Source: Candidatus Latescibacterota bacterium (GTDB lineage Bacteria; Latescibacterota; UBA2968; UBA8231). From it: a stretch of 64,000 bases of DNA. This document shows, in pieces, positions 49,067 through 57,710 of the stretch. Numbering within the stretch: the stretch's first letter is position 1; each line of letters starts with the position of its first letter. The position numbers and the translations under genes were made by a program. The stretch covers positions 416,001-480,000 of the forward strand of contig CBDAOB010000005.1 of assembly GCA_965197905.1 (NCBI GenBank). The letters run 5' to 3'. The notes beneath the pieces were generated by a model. The model made no database searches, had not been told where the DNA came from, and worked only from the letters and a program-made list of their open reading frames with translations.

Positions 49067-50007
49067 ATGAGCTCAAGGGAAATGTGGATCATGGCTGTGA
49101 TTCTCGGACTGGGTGCGTTGTATCTGTTTGAGACCAAAGCCCTTTACCTGTTCGGAATCGCGGGACTCATCTATTTATTCACCAGGGCGAGCCGGCGCTA
49201 GAGACCGGTGGCCCGGGAGGCGGGTTTCGAGCTATCAAGAAAAGCGAGCTTGAGAAGATACTAGAGGCCCACCGGGTCTGGATGATCAGCGACGGCGAGA
49301 GTGGTGCTCAAGCCGAGTTGGCGGGAAGCGACCTGCGCGGTGCCGATTTGTTGGAGGCAGATCTACGCAACGCCAAGCTTCAGGGAGCCGATTTGCTGGG
49401 CGCCAATCTGCTGGAGGCCCACCTGCAAAGAGCAGACCTCCTGGGGGCCAATCTGGCCGGCGCCGATCTTCAGGGAACCAATCTCTGGGGGGCGGACCTG
49501 CTCGGGGCGAATCTCCAGGAAGCGAATCTCTGGCTTGCGGACCTGCAAGGCGCGAAGCTTCAGAAGGCAACGCTGATTGGGGCGAGACTGCAGAACGCCG
49601 ACCTGTGGGGCTCCGATCTGTGGGGTGCTAATTTGTGGGGAGCCGATGCCCGGGAGGCAAAGTTCGTCGGCGCCAACCTGCTCGAGGCGGATCTGAGCGA
49701 GGCAGATCTCAGCGGCGCGAACCTGCGCATGGTAGACTTGAGGCAAGCAAAAATGTTGCGGACAAACCTGGAGGCGGCAGATCTCTGGTCCGCGACCCTT
49801 GCCGACGCCGACCTTCAAGGGGCAAAGCTGCACGAGGTGAATCTGAGCGGAGCCGATCTCATGGGCGCCAATTTGCGCGGTGCTATCGATCTTACCAGCG
49901 AGCAGCTGGCCGGGTGCGAGTCATTGTGGGGCAGCATGCTAGATCCGCAGCTGAGAAGCGAAATCGAATTGGCGGCGCCCACTCTTTTCGAACGCGTCGA
50001 CGACTGA
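49067..50007 (+). pseudogene. Membrane-anchored pentapeptide-repeat protein, probably split by a frameshift near 49198 (alternatively a 44-aa membrane peptide plus a separate repeat gene)
   Basis: AAGGAG and ATG 49067 give a hydrophobic peptide ending at TAG 49201. The repeat frame carries ELEKILEAHRVW upstream of its first ATG (49282), followed by A(D/N)LxG repeats. Confidence 0.65.
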
Positions 50008-50010
50008 CCT

Positions 50011-50868
50011 GTGAGCGAACCTTCGCCCCTCATCGCCGCGACAGAGTTGGCGTGTCATTTGGATGAATCCGATTGGTGTATTCTGGATTGTCGCTTCGCT
50101 CTGAACGACACGGAACGCGGACGCGGCGAATACGCCCTCTCGCATATTCCGAATTCATTCTACGCGCACCTCGAGGACGATCTTTCCGGTCCGGTGGTTG
50201 CCGGCGCGACCGGCCGCCACCCACTGCCCTCCCCCGAGATCTTCGCTGCCACGTTGGGAAAATGGGGTATCGATCCGAGTGTGTACGTCGTCATATATGA
50301 CGATTGCGATGCTTCGATCGCCGCCCGTCTGTGGTGGATGTTGCGCTGGGTGGGCCACCGGCGTGTGTTTGTTCTCGACGGAGGATGGGCGGCATGGGTG
50401 GACATGGGCGGCTCTGCGACTGAGGAACCGGGGCGGCGGCAGCGGCGGATCTACCAGGCAGAACCCGACTCCTCCCTGCTGGCAGGGAGCGCCGAGATGG
50501 TGGAAATCCATCCAAAAAACGGATGGCTGCTGATCGACTCCCGTACCGGGGAGCGTTTCCGCGGCGAATCAGAGCCTATAGATCCGGTGGCGGGTCACAT
50601 TCCGGGCGCCGTCAACGCCCCTTTCACGGCGAATCTCGACGCCAACGGACGTCTGCTACCGGCGGCAACACTGAGGTCTCGTTTCGTGAAAATCCTGGGA
50701 GAAGTCGAACCCGCGCGGACCGTTTTCTACTGTGGGTCTGGGGTTACGGCCGCACACAACCTTCTGGCGCTGGCGGTGGCAGGTATCCATGGCGCGCGCT
50801 TATACGCGGGATCGTGGAGTGAGTGGATTGCCGACCCGCGGCGACCGGTTGCAACGGGGCCAGTATAG
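50011..50868 (+). CDS. sseA: Thiosulfate/3-mercaptopyruvate sulfurtransferase (tandem rhodanese)
   Basis: Motifs HIP, GRHPLP, LDGG..AW, GHIPGA, YCGSGVTA and LYAGSWSEW. Confidence 0.9.
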   Translation: MSEPSPLIAATELACHLDESDWCILDCRFALNDTERGRGEYALSHIPNSFYAHLEDDLSGPVVAGATGRHPLPSPEIFAATLGKWGIDPSVYVVIYDDCDASIAARLWWMLRWVGHRRVFVLDGGWAAWVDMGGSATEEPGRRQRRIYQAEPDSSLLAGSAEMVEIHPKNGWLLIDSRTGERFRGESEPIDPVAGHIPGAVNAPFTANLDANGRLLPAATLRSRFVKILGEVEPARTVFYCGSGVTAAHNLLALAVAGIHGARLYAGSWSEWIADPRRPVATGPV

Positions 50869-51108
50869 AATATTGCGAACATGCCGATGTACTCAGTGGA
50901 CGTATTCCTCGAAGTGCAGCAGGTCGACCCGGCATGGACTCGCAAGACAAATCAGATTGGGCAGTGGGGCTGTCCCTCTGCGTCTTTTTGCCCATGCTCG
51001 TAAATCTTCTGGTCCTGGCCACCTACCTGCTCGGATCGTAACCGACTAACTCGATCGGCGTCACCCACTCAGGCAATCACCGAGCCGTCGGTGTGTTTGC
51101 AGCGTCCG

Positions 51109-52570
51109 TCAGTACCTGATGACGAACTCGGTGCCATCCTTTCGATTCAGTTCCACAGTCCCCTTTAGCTGACCCACCAACGTATTCACCAGCCTCAAAC
51201 CCAAGGTTTGCACATTGCCGAAATCTATTTCGCCTTGAATGCCGATGCCATCATCACCGACTGTCAAAACGAAACCACCCGATTCCGATCGGTTCAGCGA
51301 GATGGCAACGGTACCCTTTCCCGACTCGGGGAAGGCGTATTTCAGGGAATTGGAAACGAGTTCGTTGACGATGAGGCCGAGGGGGATCGCTTTGTCGATG
51401 TCGAGAGGTGGGGCTTCCACGTCGATGCCGAGGGCGACTTGATCGGCCACGACACCGTAAGAGTCGAATAGATTTTCCGTCAGGTTGCTCATGTATTCCG
51501 CGAAATCGACCCGGGCAAGATCGGCTGATTTGTAGAGTTCCTCGTGAATGAGGGACATGGATTCGATTCGGTGTTGGCTGTCGCTGAACACGTTCATCGA
51601 TTTTGCATCACCCAACTCCTGCGACTGCAGATGCAGCAAGCTGGAAATGATTTGTAGATTGTTCTTTACCCGATGGTGGATCTCCTTGAGTAGGACTTCC
51701 TTTTCCGACAGCGAAGCCTGAATCCGTTGCTCTCCAAGCTTGCGTTCGGTGATGTCCTGAACAACCATCTGGATCATGCCCACCCTGTTGACGAGTTCGT
51801 CCTCGGGCGTTTCGAAGATCGGAAACAACGAAGAGGATGCCCACTGAAATTCTCCCGATTGATTGCGCCAGCGATATTGCAGGTCGCGCACTATCGGTTT
51901 CTTGCGGAATTGTAAGAACTCCTCGAGCGCGGTGATGTCATCCTCGTGCACGATAACCGCAGTTCGAGAACGGAACTTCGATCGTCTCGAGACCGGCTCT
52001 GATTGCCTCCAATACCTTCAGGATGTCGTCGGCGTGAACCATGCTCCAGATCGCTTCCCGGACCTGATGAAGCGCCTGGTTTTTGCGCGCCAGGTACTTC
52101 CGTTCGGTGATATCCCGGGCGACTCCGTGGGTTCCCACAAAGTCCTCGCCCTTGTAGAGACCGCTTGCGCTGAGCGCGAAATGGCGAATGTCCAGCTCGA
52201 CGTCGCGCGTGTCTCCCCCGGAGGATCGGAGGCGGACCTCCAGCCGCTTCGTCGCGCGCTCGCCTGTACGCCGCTCGTGAAACGACCGGCCGACGCTATC
52301 GATGTCGTCGGGATGCAGGACCTCTGAGAAATGACGGCCGACGATCTGCCCCGATTCGTATCCCAGGAGGTTTTCCACTTCTCTGTTGGCAAAGGTGAAT
52401 CTACCGTCCTTGTCCAGGACATAGATGAAATCCGAGCTGCCCTCGACCAAAGCTCGATACTTTGCCTCGGAGATAACCAGGTCGTGGTCTTCGCTCGTGT
52501 CGATGCGTTCCCGCAACTGGGTAATCTCGGCAACCAGCTCTGATCGGTCGGCCTTTTCCAGGTCGTTCAT
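51109..52570 (-). pseudogene. PAS/GAF sensor histidine kinase (HisKA_2 type), disrupted near 51955
   Basis: The 5' part has a PAS domain and the start of a GAF-like region. The 3' part in another frame starts mid-PAS (IVHEDD) and has EIHHRVKNNLQ, NELVSNSLKYAF, DDGIG and LGL.LV. Confidence 0.8.
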
Positions 52571-52689
52571 GAATTGCGGTCTGAGGTAAACAGAATAGCT
52601 GAGGCGTATCGCCGCTGTGGGTCGGGAACAAATATAGCCAATTAGGGCCACATCAGCCGACGGGATTCGGGGTATTGAGTCAAAAAGCG

Positions 52690-54066
52690 TTACCGATTTT
52701 TGGACAAAATCGAATCAGTCCATCCTTCCAGCCGGCCAACATCGGAGGCCAAGTGCAGCACAGTGTACCTCTCCCGAATGTCCTTGCCGTGCAGCAGGGC
52801 GTGGCGCGCAAGAGTAGGGCTTACCCCGATTTCACCAAATGACACCGGACATTTCGCCGCTTCTAGCCGATCGCGAATTGGCCCAACGGTCGGTAGTCGT
52901 TTTCGCAACTGTTCGGAGATCTCTGGCCAAAGCCGCTTTATCTGTCCTAACCTATCTCGCAACCCCTCGCTCGAATCGTTCATTGTCTCCGAACCGGTAG
53001 AGAAACGGTCGACAATGGGTCCGAGCCGCTGCCTGACCGTCTGGAAATAGTCTGCGTCGGATGGGTGGGCGACGATGCACCGCTCGATATCGAGGTCATC
53101 GCTGTCGAAATCCAGACATCGCTTGTATAGCTCCAAGGTGGCGAGGGTGCCAACTCCCACCTGGCATCCATGGAGTTCCCTTCGAACACCTGCCTGAAGA
53201 CAGATCATGTCGAGAAGGTGACTTATGAGATGCTCGGCGCCGCTCAAGGGTGCCGACGACGCGACCGCGGTCATGGCCAACCCCGAAATGCACAGGGCGG
53301 TGAACAGTTGGCAGACCGCGGAGCTGTTACGGTTAGCGAGGCCCGACTCGATTCCATCCAAGTGCCGCCAGCTCGCAGCAATCAAACCATCCGCTTCCGT
53401 GGCATGCGGCGCCCCGGTAACCAAGTGGGCCAGCAGGCAATCGGCTTGGCTTACAGGTCGAGACATAAGGTCGGCGAACCCTGCGGCGATCATCCTCGCG
53501 GGGGCCGCGGTTAAAATCTCCGGATCGGCGAGGCAGGCTATCGGGGGCCGGGAGGGCCTGGAGACCTTGCACCCGTCATGAATCAGTGAGGTTACGGACG
53601 AAGTATATCCGTTCATCGACGGCGCCGTGGCTACCACGGCGTATGGGATGTCGGTGTTGAACGAGGCCAGTTTGGCGACGTCGTTGACCGTTCCACTACC
53701 GACCGCAACGACGGCGGTTGCTCCGTCCGATCGAATGCGCGCTTCCAACACGTCGACCTGCGCCTGATCCGCCACTGGCGCGTCGTTTCCACCGGGGGCA
53801 TCCGCGATGAGGAACGGTTCCACATCGCAATCCAAATTCCTGTGAATCGCCATCGCCACAACCGCAGATGTGGTGCGGTCGGAGGCCACGATCCAGTTCC
53901 CCGAAGGTAGGATTGCGCGGAGAATCGCCGGTGCCCGCGACGCCAGCTCGAACTCCAGGGCGATATGCTCAACCCCCATGGACCGGGCGGCCGCACTGAG
54001 ACTATTTGGTAACACAGAATCTGCCATGGAGTGATGAATATCGTCGCTCGGTTTGGACGGCGACAA
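52690..54066 (-). CDS. sn-glycerol-1-phosphate dehydrogenase family (AraM/EgsA-like)
   Basis: Motifs AVGSGTVNDVAK, TAPSMNGYTS, AGFAD, SGAEHLISH and LHGCQVG. Start may be 54027. Confidence 0.85.
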   Translation of the reverse strand: MSPSKPSDDIHHSMADSVLPNSLSAAARSMGVEHIALEFELASRAPAILRAILPSGNWIVASDRTTSAVVAMAIHRNLDCDVEPFLIADAPGGNDAPVADQAQVDVLEARIRSDGATAVVAVGSGTVNDVAKLASFNTDIPYAVVATAPSMNGYTSSVTSLIHDGCKVSRPSRPPIACLADPEILTAAPARMIAAGFADLMSRPVSQADCLLAHLVTGAPHATEADGLIAASWRHLDGIESGLANRNSSAVCQLFTALCISGLAMTAVASSAPLSGAEHLISHLLDMICLQAGVRRELHGCQVGVGTLATLELYKRCLDFDSDDLDIERCIVAHPSDADYFQTVRQRLGPIVDRFSTGSETMNDSSEGLRDRLGQIKRLWPEISEQLRKRLPTVGPIRDRLEAAKCPVSFGEIGVSPTLARHALLHGKDIRERYTVLHLASDVGRLEGWTDSILSKNR

Positions 54067-54168
54067 TGCTCCTTCACTCCCGTCGTGTCAAGGAGGTGTT
54101 GCGATGGTGCGGGGGTACCTATCGGGGATTAGTCGAAGTCTCGTGCTTGATGAACGTGGTGATCCAGC

Positions 54169-54396
54169 TCAAAGTGCTAGATTTAAATAGGTGCCCACCG
54201 AACCACGGATTCGGTGGGCACCGGTGCCGTCATAGATGTTTGTATCGACGGCGTCGAGCAGGTCGAACGCCTGGCGCTTCTGCTGGTCGAGCGCCTTCTT
54301 GACGGCAGTTACCGACAGCTCGTTGTCAATGCGCGTGCGGCTGAGAGCAGCAGCCTGTTCGGCGATCAAGAATGTGAGATCGCTAATGGAGTCCAT
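54169..54396 (-). CDS. YjfB-like small putative motility protein
   Basis: 75 aa with V.KKALDQQK..A..LL and a C-terminal G..LN motif. Confidence 0.65.
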   Translation of the reverse strand: MDSISDLTFLIAEQAAALSRTRIDNELSVTAVKKALDQQKRQAFDLLDAVDTNIYDGTGAHRIRGSVGTYLNLAL

Positions 54397-54995
54397 CTTC
54401 TCTGGTTAGGGCTTTCTTGATCAGGGCCCAGGAACTGTTTTGCTCTACAGCCGTCACGCGATCTACCTCGATGATCAGGTTCTCTCCAATTAGAAATGGC
54501 CGTTCTGAATTGTCCGTAGCGGATACCAACCGGGACTCGAATACCGGGTTGCTGAAGACATTTATTTTTCCCTCGCTGATTGCACCGGTGCAGCGAAGTT
54601 TGAAGGTCGCGAGAGTGCCGGATCCGGTGCGGGCTCGATTTCCGGCGGGGCCCGATACGGCCGCGTATTGGATTATCTCGAGGTTGTTTGGAAGACCGGG
54701 AATTGACGGCATCACCTGATTGGCGATGACCGCTGCATTCTCGAAGAAGTTGCCCAGGTTTAAACGGCGTGACGTCAACAGTGCTTTGGAGCCCGCTGTG
54801 AACGACCTCGAAAGCGCCGTGAGGGAGTCCTATATACAACGAGAAACCGGACGACGCCGAAAATCGGCCGAACTGAGCATCGACGGCTATATCGATCGTT
54901 TCTCCGATCCGGGCGCTTACGGTCCTGCTGCCCGAGTTTCGTTCGCTTAGCTGAACCGTCTGGGCGGCAAATGCGAAGTTCCAAGCCATGGACAT
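54383..54995 (-). pseudogene. Cohesin-like secreted protein with TAVE..SW..IK C-terminal motif, frameshifted near 54755
   Basis: RBS AGGAGG and ATG 54995 give ...IGETIDIAV...PFKPG. Another frame continues FFENAAV...GSGTLATFKL...VTAVEQNSSWALIK. Confidence 0.6.
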
Positions 54996-55127
54996 CTTCC
55001 TCCTACTCCATGTATCGGCAGATTTCCTTGAGGCTTTAGTCTTTTCTTCAGAAATTCGAAAAAAAATTGGTGGGGAGATGGCTGAACCTGTATCGGTGAG
55101 GTTTTGGGTGCGACAGGCAGGTACCAC

Positions 55128-55161
55128 AAAAAAACGGGCATTTCGCGAAACGAAATGCCCG
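55128..55161 (-). terminator. Rho-independent terminator of the exbB-exbD-exbD operon
   Basis: Perfect 11-bp stem cgggcatttcg/cgaaatgcccg with a 5-nt loop, followed on the minus strand by T7. Confidence 0.9.
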
Positions 55162-55193
55162 CCGTGAAACGAGATGAAGGTGTGACAGTGTAA

Positions 55194-55601
55194 CTACTCT
55201 TTCAGCTCCTCTGACTGCAAGACCACCTTTTCAATCCGGAGTCTCTTGGCAATCTCCATGGTTTCCAGCACCGGTCCATGCCGGGTCTCTTTGTCCGTGC
55301 GGATGATCAAGGTCATGCTGCGGGTGTCCTGCTTTTGTTGCGAGAGAACCCCGTGAAGCTCGGCGAGCGTGACCAGGTGTCGATTGATCTCCATCTGACC
55401 CGACTTATCGATGCTTGCGACCAGCTTCTTTTCCTCGACGATTACCGCCTGTTTTGCCTCGGGCAGCTCAACCTGCAGGCTGTGCGGCTCCTTGAACACC
55501 GTAGTAACCATAAAGAATATGATCAACAGGAACACACAGTCGATCATCGGCGTCAGGTCGAGCCCGGTGCTCTCCGTTTCTAGGGATGTCCGCCTTGCCA
55601 T
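55194..55601 (-). CDS. exbD: Biopolymer transporter ExbD/TolR
   Basis: Motifs LDLTPMIDCVFLLIIFFMVTT, VELP and IRTDK. Confidence 0.93.
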   Translation of the reverse strand: MARRTSLETESTGLDLTPMIDCVFLLIIFFMVTTVFKEPHSLQVELPEAKQAVIVEEKKLVASIDKSGQMEINRHLVTLAELHGVLSQQKQDTRSMTLIIRTDKETRHGPVLETMEIAKRLRIEKVVLQSEELKE

Positions 55602-56032
55602 TACAGGGCACCTCCGCCTTCCTGCTCTTTGGCAAACGCAATTCCGACGACGTTTGCTTCCTTGGCAGCGTCAACGATGAGAACAACATACTTCTGAGCA
55701 CAATCAGGATTGGCTTGGATAATGATGTTCTCGTTGTTCGCGTCGACCATCGCTTTTTTCAACCGTCCCACCAGTTCCGGGGGACTTACATCCTCGCCGC
55801 CGATCTGGATCTTGCCGTCCTGGGCCACGTGAATGTTGATGTCCTTCTTCTTTTCCTGCTCGGTCGCCTCGCTCTGCGCGGGCAAATCCACGTCCAGACC
55901 CTTGGCGTGCAGAAAGACCGTGGTGACCATGAAGAATATGAGAAGCAGGAAGACACAGTCGATCAGCGGGGTGAGGTCATTGCCCTCGTCTCCGCCGAAA
56001 TTCTCCCGTGTTCGACGATGCAGGAGCGACAT
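55601..56032 (-). CDS. exbD: Biopolymer transporter ExbD/TolR
   Basis: Motifs DLTPLIDCVFLLLIFFMVTT and VDLP. Translationally coupled to its neighbours. Confidence 0.93.
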   Translation of the reverse strand: MSLLHRRTRENFGGDEGNDLTPLIDCVFLLLIFFMVTTVFLHAKGLDVDLPAQSEATEQEKKKDINIHVAQDGKIQIGGEDVSPPELVGRLKKAMVDANNENIIIQANPDCAQKYVVLIVDAAKEANVVGIAFAKEQEGGGAL

Positions 56033-56778
56033 CAGCTTGCCTCAGAGCGATCCATCTGATTTTGGCCGGCGACCAGCAAGGCATTCGCGAATGCATGGCC
56101 ATACACTTCGAGCCGACCCCGCAATCCATCGGCGCGCCGGGCGAAATAGCGGTACGCAACGATGGCGGGAATAGCTATGGAAAGTCCGGTAGCAGTGGTT
56201 ACGAGCGCCTGAGAAATACCTCCCGCGACGACCTTCGGATCGCCGGTTCCCGCGACTGCGATAGCCTCGAAAGCGGTGATCATACCGAGGATCGTTCCAA
56301 GCAGGCCCAGCAGTGGTGCTATATTGCCGATGGTGTTTAACAGCACCAGCGATTTGCCGAGATAAGATTTCCCGGCCTCTTCGGTTTCGAGGACCAACTC
56401 CTCTTTCATGTCCGACAGTTCTTTCTGCTGGATCATGAAGTTTCCCAGACTGCCCGCGCCAGCCTTCTCGGCCATCTGCGCTAGCCGCTCGTTGGTATCC
56501 TTGAATTCGCGAAGCTCAATCATCAGCGTGTCGAAACGCTTCAGCAGCGAAGCGAAAACGAAGTTGAGCGGTCCCTCGTTGGTGTTACAATGCTGGGCGG
56601 CGGCAACCTCTCCTTCGCTGAGAAGAATTCGTTCGGCCGCTTCAAACTCGGCCTGCGCAGTGTCGTCGTCCGGCACCTTCCCGAGCACCACGAACCGCTC
56701 AATGATGAAGGCGAGCCCCAAGATCGCGCATATCCCAAGGGGAATCATCAAAATACCGCCAGAATATAGAGTTTCCAT
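56032..56778 (-). CDS. exbB: MotA/TolQ/ExbB proton channel protein
   Basis: Motifs IAPLLGLLGTILGMI and GGISQALVTTATGL.IAIPA. Confidence 0.93.
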   Translation of the reverse strand: METLYSGGILMIPLGICAILGLAFIIERFVVLGKVPDDDTAQAEFEAAERILLSEGEVAAAQHCNTNEGPLNFVFASLLKRFDTLMIELREFKDTNERLAQMAEKAGAGSLGNFMIQQKELSDMKEELVLETEEAGKSYLGKSLVLLNTIGNIAPLLGLLGTILGMITAFEAIAVAGTGDPKVVAGGISQALVTTATGLSIAIPAIVAYRYFARRADGLRGRLEVYGHAFANALLVAGQNQMDRSEAS

Positions 56779-57206
56779 GCAGCCACTCCTTCTTGGAGAA
56801 AAGGTCCAAACTCACCGTCAAAATTATCGTCGACAATTTAACAAAAGGCGCTGCAGAACCCAAGGATTTTTCGTCCTCGCTCGGGAAAAGCAGCGTTGCT
56901 TCTTTCCCGCCCACCAAGATTCCACAAATCGCCGTAGAGTATAAACTCGCACAGGTCCATGGTCAACCACAAATATGATGCTTGACAACCGTGGTCTTCA
57001 GGGCGAGTACTTCGGAACGAAAATCACGTGAAAATACGTCCGCGGGGAACAAAATCCTTGACAAAGGCTGAGTATCTTAGCACTCTATCCGTGATAAAGC
57101 CCCTCATGTATCTGAGTACATGTAAGCGGATGTGGACCAGTCGTTTTTGCTGTTTGCGTATGTGGTTGTTAATAAACGTGTTAGGATTGGGCAGACGGGA
57201 GCCGAA

Positions 57207-57704
57207 GTGGCGTTGACGAAAGAATTGCCGGAGTTTCTTCACCAACGTTGTTTTCGAACGGCGATGATGCTCGTGTCGGTGTTTGTGATCGTCCCTTCGG
57301 CGGCGCGAGCGGAATCCAAGACCGACCTCGATCTCAGCTATACCCTAGGTCGGACCAGAGCCCAATTGGAAGAACATTTCGGCGACGCCGACATTTTCAT
57401 CCAAAAGACCGGTGATATGAGCACTATCCAATGGAAGTATATCGAAGGGACGTGGATATTCATTATATTGAAGGACGGCAGGTCGACTTACGTTACCTAC
57501 ACCTTCAAAGAGATGGATCCGTTCGATCAAGATGAGGCCTTCCAGGCCCTTGGTATCGGCGCTCCAAAATCCCTCGATTGGGAGTGGGAGAACGACGCCA
57601 AACGTTGGAAGCCGTTTGGCAAATACGAGAAGCTCGTGGTCAATCCGAAAACACAAGCAGTAACCGTAGGCCGCACGCATCCTTACATCGACGCCGGTAG
57701 GTGA
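57207..57704 (+). CDS. Hypothetical secreted protein
   Basis: Signal-like segment MLVSVFVIVPSAARA. Lies directly upstream of 57711. Start uncertain. Confidence 0.6.
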   Translation: MALTKELPEFLHQRCFRTAMMLVSVFVIVPSAARAESKTDLDLSYTLGRTRAQLEEHFGDADIFIQKTGDMSTIQWKYIEGTWIFIILKDGRSTYVTYTFKEMDPFDQDEAFQALGIGAPKSLDWEWENDAKRWKPFGKYEKLVVNPKTQAVTVGRTHPYIDAGR

Positions 57705-57710
57705 TATAGA

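Noticed and set aside
49282..49900. CRISPR array or DNA tandem repeat
   Set aside because: The periodicity is 15 nt and degenerate, explained by pentapeptide codons. No repeat-spacer structure or cas genes.
50881..51049. Small membrane peptide MDSQDKSDWAVGLSLCVFLPMLVNLLVLATYLLGS
   Set aside because: Hydrophobic, but has no clear RBS or recognisable family. Not supportable without homologs.
56779..57206. Sigma70 promoters at TTGACA hexamers (56982, 57058)
   Set aside because: No convincing -10 element at 16-18 nt spacing.
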